DNA of 64,000 nucleotides from contig CM075997.1 of NCBI GenBank assembly GCA_038087875.1, positions 434,001 through 498,000 on the forward strand. Direction: 5' to 3'. This DNA is from Malacoraja senta. Lineage: Eukaryota. The position numbers and the translations under genes are program-made. The first letter of the stretch is position 1. Each line of letters begins with the position of its first letter. The notes beneath the pieces are model-generated. The model ran no database searches. It was given only the letters and a program-made list of their open reading frames with translations, and was not told the DNA's origin. Shown here in pieces: positions 39,268 to 51,653 of the stretch.

Positions 39268-39387
39268 CCTCTCTCTCCCTTTCCTCCGTCTCCCTCTCTC
39301 TCCCTTTCTCTCTTTCTCTCTTTCTCTCTCTCTCCCTCTCTCTCCCTTTCCTCCATCTCCCTCTCTCTCCCTTTCTCTCTTTCTCTC

Positions 39388-39429
<42 letters not shown>

Positions 39430-39616
39430 CTCTCATCTCCTCTCTCTCTCTCTCTCTCTCTCCTCCCTCTCTCTCTCTCATCCCTCTCTCCTCCCTCTCT
39501 CTCCTCTCTCTCTCTCTCTTCTCTCCCTCCCCCTCCCTCTCTCTCTCTCTCTCTCCCTCTCTCTCTCTCTCCCTCTATATCTCTCTCATCCCTCTCTCTC
39601 CTCTCCCTCTCTCCCC

Positions 39617-39653
<37 letters not shown>

Positions 39654-39659
39654 TCTCCC
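39153..39659 (+). repeat. About 500-bp (CT)n-rich polypyrimidine tract
   Basis: Almost pure C/T sequence abutting an acceptor AG. Confidence 0.97.
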
Positions 39660-39661
39660 AG

Positions 39662-39701
39662 GTGTGACACTCCTGTGGGTAAAGAATCCGGAGCTGCCAA
39701 A
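39662..39701 (+). CDS. CLASRP: CLASRP coding exon (about exon 15) with tandem donors at 39702 and 39706
   Basis: CDTPVGKESGAAK; donor context aaa|gtca|gtaaga. Confidence 0.9.
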
Positions 39702-42700
39702 GTCAGTAAGAATGTTATCTCACCTCCGCTAAACACAGCCCCCCTCTGAAAACCTCACACGTGAAACACGCTAAACAGCATCCTCGAGTAGTCTTTCTGC
39801 AACTGTTAGTGTCTTTCTAACCTGAAACTAGTCCCCAAGACTGTGACTGGTCACCCAGCAGAGTGCACGAGTTTAGCTGCACCCCGACCACACACCGGGA
39901 AAGTTCTGCTTTAATAATGAGTTCCTTTGTGTTTCCCAGCGTGTAAAACATCAAAGCCAACGAACCCGAGCTAACATTTCCTCTTTTATTGTGATTGTTG
40001 GAATGTTATAATGTTGTTTGTTTCATAACTTGACTGTGACGGGTTTTCAATTTGAAACAGGTCGTTCAATCCTCTCCAGCTGCGATCCGCTGGCTGCAGC
40101 CCACGCCTCCCATTTTGCAAAGTAAAACTGTGATAAGGTCAATAGACAATAGGTGCAGGAGTCGGCCATTCGGCCCTTCGAGCCAGCACCGCCATTCAAT
40201 GTGATCATGGCTGATCATCCCCAATCAGTACCCCGTTCCTGCCTTCTCCCCATATCCCCTGATTCCGCTATCTTTAAGTCAAATGTGATAGGAGAAGAAT
40301 TAGGCCATTCGGCCCATCATGTCTACTCCACCATTCAATCATGGCTGATCTATCTCTCCCTCCTAACCCCATTCTCCTGCCTTCTCCCCATAGCCCCTGA
40401 CACACGTACTAATCAAGAATGTTATCTATCTCCGCCTTTAAATTACCCATTGACGTGGCCTCCACAGCCGTCTGTGGCAAAGAATCCCACAGATTCACCA
40501 CCCTCTGGCTAAAGAAATTCCTCCTCATCTCCTTCCTAAATGAACGTGGTTTATTTTACAGCATAGTTGCTTGTAATTATTAGGGAGAGCACTTTGCAAA
40601 GAGTATATAGAGTGTCTCTGTTATTCTTTCCATATAATGTACTGTATTTGCCAGCTATATTTGTGCAGGAGTGAAAACTTCACTCAACTTGTTATTGGTC
40701 TGTTCGTGTCGCTAATGCATTGATTACAGTGAAGTTTACTCAGCGATAGGCATTTGACTAAATGAATATAACCACATCATGACTGAAACCTTCGTCATTG
40801 CCTTAAGTAACATATTCCCATTGTCTTAGGAGGTGGAGAGCCTGAATCAAATAACATAGAAGGAAGCCATTCGGCCCGTTGAGTCTATGCTATAGTCGTA
40901 AAGCATGGAAACAGGCTCTTCAGCCCAACTTGCCCACGCTGACCAAATGTCTTAAATGTTTAAGAAGGAACTGCAGATGCTGGAAAAATCGAAGGTAGAC
41001 GAAAATGCTGGAGGAACTCAGCGGGTGAGGCAGCATCTATGGAGCGAAGGAATAGGTGACGTTTCGGGTCGAGACCCTTCTTCAGGCTCGATTCCAGTCT
41101 CGACCCGAAACGTCACCCATTCCTTCACTCCAGAGGCGCTGCCTGTCCCGCTGAGCTACTCCAGCATTTTGTGTCTGCCTTCGGTTTAAACCAGCATCTG
41201 CAGTTCTTTCCCACGGTCGGGATCAGTACTGGACAGGCTGAGGCACGTCACACCCTGGGGGGACTAGTGCGGTTGTAAATTTGGCCGATGGGCTGGTTGT
41301 GAAAGGGACAAGTTGCAGCAGATGAGGTTGCCGCTTGCATCAACTGTGTGGTCTCCATGTAAGTGCTGCCACCCCTGCCCTCTAGCTGTGGCTCGCAGCA
41401 CTGTAAAGGTTACAAAGGACATTTATTATCACACACACCAAATGGTGCAGTGAAATTTGACTTGCCATTGCAGCACACGAATAAAGTTAAGACACAACAT
41501 TAAAGAATTTAACAATAAACATAAAAACACCCCCCCACAATGGTATTCACTGTGGGGCAAGGCAGCAAAGTCCAGTCCAGTCCCCTGTTCACCCATAGTC
41601 GGGCCCATTGTGGCCTCCGCAGCCAGTCCGATGTTTTCAGGCCCTCTTGCCGGAAAGCTGGAACTCCGGCGTCGGGTGAACACTCCTCAAGCGGCCGGGA
41701 AATGTCTGGAGCGGCCGTCATCTCATTGCAGCACAGCTCCGTGGGGAAAGGGCACGCAAGGAACTGCAGATGCCGGTTCGCAGAGAAAGTCACACAGTGC
41801 TGGAGTAACTCGGCCGGTCAGGACACGGGTCATGTCTGAAGAAGGGTCCCGACCAGAAACCATGTTCTCCTGACCACGGGTGCTGCCTGTACGGAGTTTG
41901 CACGTTCTCCCCGTGACCTGCGTGGGTTTTTCTCCGGGTGCTCCGGTTTCCTCCCGCACTCCAAAGACGTGCAGGTTTGTAGGTTAATTGGCTTCGGTAA
42001 AAAAAAAAATTGTAAATTGTCCCTGGTGAGTGTAGGATGGTGTTAGTACATAGCTGTACCTCCAAACTAAACCATCTGCCTGACCCGCTACGTTGCTCCA
42101 GTACTTTTGTAGTCTTTGGCATCCCCAGAGAACGTGGAGAAGCAATGTTTTTGGTCGGGACCCTTGGTCAGACCACATAGACGTCACCTGTCCATGTTCT
42201 CCACAGATGCTGCCTGACTCGCTGAGTTACTCCAGCACTCTGGGAAACGTCACCTATCCATGTTCCGGCAGCATCTATGGAGCGAAGGAAATAGGCAACG
42301 TTTCGGCCCGAAACCCTTCCGGGTTTCGGCCCGAAACGTTGCCTATTTCCTTCAGGGTTTCGGCCCGAAAGGTTGCCCATTTCCTTCGCTCCACAGATGC
42401 TGCCTGACCCGCTGAGTTACTCCAGCACTCTGTGTGCCTGTTAGAATGGAAATGTTGCAGAATGTTTTGGTGTGTAATAAATCCTTTGTTTGCATTCCTC
42501 TAGCGTGCAGTCAACCCGTAAATGTAATTTGAAATGTCGGGACTTTAATATAATTCTCTGCAGTGTGTTCCGTCGCCCTCTCGCCTCACTCAGCTGCTGG
42601 GCAGTGGCGGTGTCCACAGTCCTGCACCCCCCCCCGTTCCTGTCGAGGCGATGCTACAGTATTTAACACTCTCCAGTGCTGCGTAATTGCCCCATGCAGA

Positions 42701-42722
42701 TGTCCCTGTGTTTCTCTTTCAG

Positions 42723-42783
42723 GCCAAACTCACGCCACAGGAAAAGCTGAAACTTCGCATGCAGAAGGCGCTGAACAAGCAGT
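42723..42783 (+). CDS. CLASRP: CLASRP coding exon (about exon 16)
   Basis: AKLTPQEKLKLRMQKALNKQ; ag/gtaagc; phases 0 to 1. Confidence 0.96.
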
Positions 42784-44410
42784 GTAAGCATGGAGACCCT
42801 TCCCCTCCCCTCCTCCCCCCACCCGACACCTCACCTAGCCCTCTTCTCTAGAGACTCCGCCATTTTATGTCTTGTATCTTTGGTGTAAACCAGCACCTGC
42901 AGTTCCTTCCTGCACATACGCATCACGTCTTGGGTTGCAACACTCCACTGCGGGCAGCCCCGCCCGGCGCATTGCATCCTGCACGGGTCCCAAAGGGTGG
43001 TAGTGGTGTGACGTTAACCAGAGATGGCACGCACACGTTTGTCTCTGGAGCAGATCGCCGCCAATCTTGCCCACGTTCACTTATTTCCCTTGAACTTTGT
43101 CCCCTTGGATCTCTCCTCCTTCACACCTTGCCCTTCCATATCTCTTGTTTCACTCTCCCCTGACCCCCAATCTGAAGCCGGGCCTCGACCCGAAATGTCA
43201 CCCGCTCCTCCCTCCGGAGATGCTGCCTGTCCCGCTGAGTGACTCCAGCATTTTGCAGAGCGGAAACAGGCCCTTCGGCCCACCGAGTCCGCACCGCCCA
43301 GCGATCCCCGCACACCAACGCTATCCTACACACACTAGGGACAATTTTCACATACACCAAGCCAATTAGCCGACAAACCTGCACGCCTTTGGAGTGTGGG
43401 AGGAAAACGAAGATTCCGTAGAAAACCCACGGGGAGAACGTACAAACTCCGTACAGACAGCACCCGTAGTCAGGATCGAACCCGGGTCTCCGGCGCTGTG
43501 AGGCAGCAACGCCACCGTGCCACTGTTAATGCCCAGTCTCGTATGTGTGCATCTTCGTGGACGGCACGGTGGAAGAGCTGCCGCCTCATAGCGCCAGGGA
43601 CCCGCCTTCAATCCTGATTTCCGGTGCTGTCTCTGTGGAGTTTGCACAGTTTCCTCTGGGCGCTTCAGTTTCCCTCCCAAGTTGGAAAGGTGTGCGGGAT
43701 TGTGGGTTATTGGCCCTGGGGTGTCGGCAGTGGACAGTAAAGTGGTCGGCGTGAACTGGGTGGGCCGAAGGGCCTGTTTCCGTGGCGTGTCTCTAAACTA
43801 ATCGGAACTGGGTAACGCATAGTTGTCTAATGATTGAGCTTGGCTTCTTGCTGCAGCTCTGGTCATCAGTGGATCCACTGGATTACAAAAATGTTGGATT
43901 GATTCCGAATCTCAATAGACAATAGGTGCAGGAGTAGGCCATTCGGCCCTTCGAGCCAGCACCGCCATTCACTGTGATCATGGCTAATCATCCCCAATCA
44001 GTACCCCGTTCCTGCCTTCTCCCCATATCCCCTGACTCTGCTATCTTTAAGAGCCCTATCTAGCTCTCTCTTGAAAGTATCCAGAGAATCGGCCTCCACC
44101 ACCCTCTGAGGAAGAGAATTCCACAGACTCACCACTCTCTGGGTGAAAAAGTGTTTCCTCATCTCCGTTCTAAATGGCTTACCCCTTATTCCTAAACTCT
44201 GTGTGGCCCCTGGTTCTGGACTCCCCCAACATCGGGAACATGTTTCCTGCCTCTAGCGTGTCCAAGCCCTTAATAATCTTATATGTTTCAATAAGATGCC
44301 CTCTCATCCTTCTAAACTCCAGAGTATCTCTAACCCGCTGTAGTCCGCGGTGGGTGTTGGTGAAGGGTCTCTGGTCGTCAGCAGATGCGGGACTGAGTCG
44401 GCAGCGGCTT

Positions 44411-44997
44411 CACGCACACACTCACGCACACACACGCTCACACACACGCACACGCACACATACACACGCACACACGCTCGCACACACACACGCACGCGCC
44501 CACGCACACACACGCACGCGCACACACACACACACGCACACACACGCTCACACGCACACACACACACGCACGCGCACACACACACACACACGCGTGCACA
44601 CACAGACACACGCGCACACACACACACGCACACGCACATACACACACACACGCACGCACACACACACACGCTCACACGCACACACACAAACGCACACACA
44701 CGCACACACGCGCACACGCACACACACACGCGCACACACACACACGCTCACACGCACGAACGCACACATGCACGCACACACATGCACACACACGCGCACA
44801 CACACACACACACACACGAACGCACACACACACGAACGCACGCACATACACGAACGCACACACATGCACACGCACGCACACGCACACTCACACTCACTCA
44901 CACACAGACACACACACACACCACACACTCCCACTCACACACACACCACACACACCACACACTCCCACTCACACACACACCACACACACACACATCA

Positions 44998-45041
<44 letters not shown>

Positions 45042-45075
45042 GACGCAGACACTCACACACACACACACACACATT

Positions 45076-45110
<35 letters not shown>

Positions 45111-45208
45111 TACACACACACACACGCACCCACACACTCCCACTCACACACACACACACACATCACACACACATTCCCACTCACACACACACACACACAC
45201 ACACACAC
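44411..45208 (+). repeat. About 800-bp (CA)n/(CACG)n microsatellite
   Basis: Visible dinucleotide repeat. Confidence 0.97.
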
Positions 45209-45241
45209 CAAAGGTGACCCGCTGTTTGTTTCTATCGGCAG

Positions 45242-45300
45242 TTAAGGCAGACAAGAAGGCAGCCCAGGAGAAACAGCTACAACAGGAGCAGGAACGACAG
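45242..45300 (+). CDS. CLASRP: CLASRP coding exon (about exon 17)
   Basis: FKADKKAAQEKQLQQEQERQ; ag/gtaact; phases 1 to 0. Confidence 0.95.
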
Positions 45301-45889
45301 GTAACTCCCTGCCCACCCACACCACCACCACTCCACCTCTTGTTGCTGTGAGCAAGTGACGTTCAGCACAGGCGTGCGTGGGTGGGACAGGTTTGGAGGG
45401 ATATGGGCCAAACGCGGGCAGGTGGGACTAGTGTAGCTGGGACATGTTGGCCGGTGTGGGCAAGTTGGGTCGAAGGGCCAGTTTCCACACTGTATCACTC
45501 TATGACACCGCGGTTCACCTACCCCACAGCCAACAACGGACCATTGTGGGCTCTACCTTTCGTTGATCACCCTGGCTTTTTTTTTTGCATCTCTTTCATT
45601 CATTTGTTCTATATCCCTCTCTATCAACATCTATATCTCTCGTTTCCCTCTCCCCCTGACCCTCAATCTGAAGAAGGGTCTTAACCCAACGTCACCTACT
45701 CCTTTTCCCCAAGATGCTGCCCGACCCGCTGAGTTACTCCAACACTCTGTGTCTATCTTCGGGGTAAACCAGCATCTGCAGTTCCTTTGGAGAAAAGGAA
45801 TAGGTGACGTTTCGGGTTGAGTCCCTTCCTCAGACACGAAACGTCACCCATTCCTTCTCTCCAGAGATGCTGCCTGTCCCGCTGAGTTA

Positions 45890-46538
45890 AGGGGCTGTCC
45901 CACTTGGGCGGCCTAATCCGCAAGTTAAGAAGAGTGTCTTCGGCCTTCAAGCTCGAGGGCGCTCGCCTGGAAAGCCTCGAGCTGGATCGACCGCCCGCGT
46001 TGAAACCGTGATCTGGATCGACTGACCGCACACACTCACACACACACATCGCAAAGGCGGGGGCCAGGGAAAGCGGGGGAGTGCTGTCTGAAATTCACGC
46101 CCGCGATGAGAGAGGAAGGTAAAACGCCTGCCACAGTGACGGTAAGTCCTTTAGGAGAGGGGGGGGAATAAGGGGAGAGAAGGGGGGGGGAGACACTTTT
46201 AAGAAGTATATAAAGTTTAGCGGGCATTTTCCTTGGTCCTGAAAACTCCAATGAGCCAATTAAAATGCCCGTTCAGCGAAGGAGATTGCCTACGGCTGCC
46301 CTCGACTGCCTGTAACTAAATAGTGACCCCACTGCACTACGAGCTCAAAAGAACCACGCCGACCAAATTTTACTCTCGGGAAATTTTTCAACATGCTGAA
46401 AATTCCCTTGAGAATGAAGGAGGGTTCCAGAGACCTCATAGGACCTCCTCGGACCATGTGTCGACCATGCTGCGAGTTTGAAGGTCGAAGTCACTCTTCT
46501 AAACTGGCAGATTAGGTCGCCCAAGTGGGACAGGTTCT
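45890..46538. mobile_element. Non-autonomous PIF/Harbinger-type element
   Basis: TIRs AGGGGCTGTCCCACTTGGGCG... / ...CGCCCAAGTGGGACAGGTTCT with a TTA duplication. Interrupts an inverted-repeat element. Confidence 0.82.
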
Positions 46539-47363
46539 TTACAACAGCTTTATTTGTGTCTATCTTTGGTGTAAACCGGCATCTGCAGTTCCTTCCTACA
46601 CATGATGTTCTGCACTTACACACCTTGAGCCTGTTCCTCAATTCAATTACATCAGAGCTGACCTCACAGACTCCATTAGAGAATTGACTTCTCTAACTTC
46701 AAGTGGCCCTCTCTCTCCACCCCTCCCCCTTCCCCGATCTCTGACCAGTCTGACTGGCCCCCTGGTGACATTTTATCCCTGATTGCTTTGTTGTCACCTT
46801 CTCCTCGCTAACAATGATCTATTCTACATTTGCCTTGACTTTTATCATGATCATAAGTGATAGGAAGGTTGAAGTGCATAAGATTTTACCAGTTAATCTG
46901 TCAGGTCATAAGTCATTGGAGTAGAATTAGGCCATTCAACCCATCAAATCTACCCCGCCATTCAGTCATGGCTGATCTATCTCTCTCTCCCTCCGAACCC
47001 CATTCTCCTGCCTTCTCCCCATAACCCTGACACCCGTACTAATCAAGAATCTATCTATTTCTGCCTTAAAAAATATCCACGACTTGGCCTCCACAGCCGT
47101 CTGTGGCAAAGAATTCCACAGATTCACCACCCTCTGACTAAAGAAATTCCTCCTCACCGCCTTCCTAAAAGAACGTCCTTTAATTATCTTCTGGTGTCTC
47201 ATTTTCACACCTCACTCTTGGGAGGGGGGGAGGGGGAGCAGGGGACGAGCGATTGATGGGGGGGAGGTAGGGGGGGGGGGCGATTGAGGGGGGGTCATCT
47301 CGGTCCTCTCCCCCGCCCCCCGCGGCCGCTCCGTAACAGCCCGCCTTCTGTTGTGTCTTTCAG

Positions 47364-47410
47364 GAGCGAGAGGACGAGCTGCGAGCAATGGCGCGGAAGA
47401 TCCGTCTGAA
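47364..47410 (+). CDS. CLASRP: CLASRP coding exon (about exon 18)
   Basis: EREDELRAMARKIRLK; ag/gtaata; phases 0 to 2. Confidence 0.94.
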
Positions 47411-49842
47411 GTAATACCTCCCCCCCCCCCACTCCGTTCACCATCGGTCTCCTCCCCCTCCCCTGCCCAATAAATCTCTGCAAACTCACCCCCGACCTCT
47501 CCAGGGTGACCCAGGGGAGGGGGGTGGCACGGTGCCAACCCCTGGCAGCCGGCAAACACCGTTAATCTCCGGCGTGGGGCCTGTCCCCCCGATCCCGCAG
47601 CGACGTTTTGCCGATTAGCCCAACTAAAGCGTGTCCCGTTTCCCCTCCCCCTCCCCCTCTCTCCATGACTCCCTGTCCTCCGTCCACGTCGAACGTCAAG
47701 TCCTCATCTCTCTCATAAGTGATAGGAGCAGAATTAGGCCATTCGGCCCATCGATTCCACTCCGCCATTCAATCATGGCTGATCTATCTCTCCCTCCTAA
47801 CCCCATTCTCCTGCCTTCTCCCCATATCCCCCAACACCCGTACTAACCAAGAATCTATCTATCTCTGCCTTCAAAATATCCATTGACTTGTGGCCTCCAC
47901 AGCCGTCTGTGGCAATGAATTCCACAGATTCACCACCCTCTGACTAAAGAAATTCCTCCTCATCTCCTTCAGAAAGGTACGTCCTTTAATTCTGTGGCTG
48001 CGCCCTCTGGTCCTGGACTCTCCCACTAGTGGAAACATCCTCTCCACATCCGCTCTATCCAGGCTGAGCCACCAAGGTGCCAGACACCTCCCCCTCCCCT
48101 TCTGCCCCTCACTGTCCACTCACGGGCCCGGCTGGCAACCCTCGCCGTTTACTGCTGCCCCTTAGCGGCGCGGATTGGCGAGTGGTTTGTGAGTCAGTGC
48201 CCAAGTCAGACCCATCTCCCAACACGTACAAACCACCGCGGTTCTGTAACAGCGGCCCCAGCGCTTTGCTGAAACCAGCCTCTAATTCCAGCTTTATTTA
48301 ATTATAATGACTCCAATTCAAATTCCCCAGCTGGGTTTGGTGGGATTGTGAGTGGAGCCTCTGGGTTTCTGGACGCTGGCCCAACAGATCAGCTCCCTGC
48401 CACATTACCCCCTACCACCATCCACAGGCCCATGCGTGCCGCTCTACTCTCCACCTTGCTGGAGCGGCACGTCTGGATCGCTGCCCGCGCTGTGGGTTCT
48501 GCTCCGAGATGTCGTGTGTGTGCGCGGCATGGTGGGGGCAATGTTGAACGAGAGCCAGTTTGGTGCGGGGAGGGGAGTCTGTGGTCTCGGGCAGAGCAGG
48601 AAGGACAAGCCCGCTGCTCGTTGCTAACCCTGCCGGCTTCCCGCAGGGCAGCTCCTGACCTTACAGCTGATCCCAATTAACTGCACGTTAGTTCCTCACA
48701 GCCCGGCTCAAACGAGTCTGATCATTCACAGCAGCAGCTTATGTCTGCATCAGGATGTGCCTGCTCCCTCATCAATCACAGGCTAAAGAATAACCTCCCT
48801 TGTTAGTGTGTATGTCTGTGTATCTATGTCTGTGTGTGTGTGTCTATGTATGTGCGTCTGTATGTGTGTGTCTGTGTGTGTGTGTCTATGTGCATGTGTG
48901 TGCCAGTGTGTGTGTGTGTGTCTATGTGCATGTGTGTGCCTGTGTGTGTGTGCGTCTGTGTGTGCGCACACCTGTGTCGTAAGGTCGTAAGTAATAGGAG
49001 CCGAATTAGGCCATTCGGCCCATCAAGTCTACACCGCCATTCAATCATGGATGATCTATCTCTCCCTCCTAAACCCATTCTCCTGCCTTCGCCCCATAAC
49101 CTCTGACACACGTACGAATCAAGAATCTATCTCTACAGCCTTCTGTGGCAAATAATTCCAGATTCACCACCCTCTGACCAAAGAAATTCCTCCTCATCTC
49201 CTTCCTAAAGGAACATCCTTTAATTCTGAGGCTGTGACCTCTAGTCCTAGACTCTCCCACGAGTGGAAACATCCTCTCCACATCCACTCTATCCAGGCCT
49301 TTCACTATTCGGCAAGTTTCAGTGAGATCCCCCTCTCATCCGTCCAAACTCCAGCGAGTACAGGCCCAGTGCCGTCAAACGCTCATCATATGTTAACCCA
49401 CTCATTCCTGGGATCATTCTCGTAAACCTCCTCCAGAGCCAGCACATCCTTCATCTGATATGTATGGGGCCCAAAACAGCTCACAATACTCCAAATGTGG
49501 CCTGACCAGCACCTTACAGAGCCTCGGGATACCGGAGCACTCGGGTATAACCCACGCAGGTCACGGGGGAAAGGTACAAACTCTACCGACTAGCACCCGT
49601 AGTCAGGATCGAACCCGTGTCTGTGGCAGCAACTCTACACCACAGCGCCACCCACAGGAAGGGCACGTCTCCGCGCTGGATCTCCTGAATTAAACTCAAC
49701 CAGGAGGGCAGGAGGCATTGACGGAGGGAGATAGTGATGGGCAAGCGTAGGGGGGGGGGGGGGGCACCTGCCTGTACGTTAAGGGCCCACGCACAGAGCT
49801 GCCAGGCCAGTGATCCAAGCCCTGCTATGTTCCTTTACCCAG

Positions 49843-49925
49843 GGAGAGGGAGCGCAGAGACAAGGAACGTGACGAGTGGGAGAAGGAATATCCCAGAAGG
49901 AGCCGCTCTTCCTCGCCGAGACACG
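49843..49925 (+). CDS. CLASRP: CLASRP coding exon (about exon 19)
   Basis: ERERRDKERDEWEKEYPRRSRSSSPRH; ag/gtacgt; phases 2 to 1. Confidence 0.92.
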
Positions 49926-50535
49926 GTACGTACCTTAAGCCGGAGGGTGGGGAATCTGTGGGATTCTTTGCCACAGACGGCTGTGGAGGCCACGTCAATG
50001 GAGGCCAAGCCAAGACCGAGAGAGATAGATTCTTGATTAGTACGGGTGTCAGAGGTTATGGGGAGAAGGCAGGAGAATGGGGTTAGGGTAGACTTGATGG
50101 GCCGAAAGGCCAGTGAAGAAGAGGGGGGAAGTCGCTGGCGCTGGTCATTGCCAAAGACAGAAACAAAGTTCTGGAGTAACTCAGCAGGTCAGGCAGCATC
50201 TCTGGAGAATGTGGATAGGTGGCGTTTTGGGTTGGGACAGGTTTCTTCAGACCTGAAACGTCACCTTGCCCATGTTCTCCAGAGGTGCTGCCTGCCCGCT
50301 GAGTTACTCCAGCGCTTTGTGTTTGGCTCAGGACCGCAGCATCTCGTGCCTCCTACGACAGAGGAACTGCAGTCTGGTGGGGGGGGTCTCGACCCGAAAC
50401 GTCACCCATTCCTTCTCTCCAGAGATGCTGCTGCCTGTCCCGCTGAGTAGCTCCAAGTATTTTAGTTTAGTTTAGAGATACAGAGTGGAAACATGCCCTT
50501 CGGCCCACCGAGTCCGCGCCCACCAGCGATCCCCC

Positions 50536-50560
50536 ACACACACAGGCACACACACGCACA

Positions 50561-50591
<31 letters not shown>

Positions 50592-50694
50592 CAGACACAC
50601 ACACACACACACACAAACACAGACACAAACACAGACACAAACACACACACACACACACAAACACAGACACAAACACACACACACAAACACACAG

Positions 50695-50726
<32 letters not shown>

Positions 50727-50980
50727 ACACACACAGACACACACACACAGAGACACACACACACACAGAGACACACACACACACAGAGACACACACAGAC
50801 ACAGACACACACACACAGACACACACACACACAGAGACACACACAGACACACACACACACAGCACACACACACACAGACACACACACACAGAGACACACA
50901 CACACACACACAGACACACACACACAGAGACACACAGACACACACACAGCACGGACACACACACACACACAGACACACAC
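50536..50980 (+). repeat. (CA)n-rich expansion inside a minus-strand V-SINE (about 50460-51135)
   Basis: SINE sequence is present on both sides of the CA tract. Confidence 0.9.
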
Positions 50981-51221
50981 TTTTTACCTACAAACCTGTA
51001 CATCTTTGGAGTGTGGGAGGAAACCGAAGATCCCGGGGAAAACCCACACGGGTCACGGGGAGAACGTGCAAACTTGGTACAGACAGCGCCCGTAGTCGGG
51101 ATCGAACCCGGGTCTCCGGCGCTGTGAGGCAGCAAGTCCATGGTGTTATCTTTGAGCAACTGCAGTAATGCGTCTTGCCACCAGGTGGGGCCTCGGCTTC
51201 ACTTCTCTCCGTCACCTGCAG

Positions 51222-51283
51222 CGACGTCTGACGCCCATTTACAGATCAGGTTAGAACCACGCGTTGTTTATCATCGTCACTGA
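51222..51283 (+). CDS. CLASRP: Candidate CLASRP terminal or penultimate exon
   Basis: Pyrimidine-rich acceptor at 51221. Phase-1 reading gives ATSDAHLQIRLEPRVVYHRH*, and the human protein ends HYRH as I recall. Similarity is otherwise weak. Confidence 0.35.
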
Positions 51284-51298
51284 AGAGGCCGCCCGATC

Positions 51299-51498
51299 NN
51301 NNNNNNNNNNNNNNNNNNNNNNNNNNNNNNNNNNNNNNNNNNNNNNNNNNNNNNNNNNNNNNNNNNNNNNNNNNNNNNNNNNNNNNNNNNNNNNNNNNNN
51401 NNNNNNNNNNNNNNNNNNNNNNNNNNNNNNNNNNNNNNNNNNNNNNNNNNNNNNNNNNNNNNNNNNNNNNNNNNNNNNNNNNNNNNNNNNNNNNNNNN
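51299..51498. other. Assembly gap (200 N)
   Basis: Run of N. Confidence 1.
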
Positions 51499-51620
51499 GG
51501 TAGGGGAATTTCAAGTACCAGAGCACATGGGTTTAAGGTGAGAGGGGAAAGATTGAATAGGAACCTGAGGGGTAAATCTTTCCACACAGGGGGTGGTTGG
51601 TATATGGAATAGAGCTGTCA

Positions 51621-51653
51621 GTCTGAAGAAGGGTCCTGACCTGAAACGTCACC
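51621..51653 (+). ncRNA. Putative minimal hammerhead ribozyme motif (second representative copy)
   Basis: GU-CUGAAGA-A-GGGU(CCUG)ACCU-GAAA-CG-UC-ACC. Confidence 0.5.

Noticed and set aside
38985..39749. 254-aa Leu/Ser-rich ORF
   Set aside because: Translation of the (CT)n tract. Only 39662-39701 is coding.
44174..45351. Long His/Thr-rich or Cys/Val-rich ORFs (also 50462-51168 and 48783-49111)
   Set aside because: Translations of (CA)n/(TG)n microsatellites. Only 45242-45300 is a real exon.
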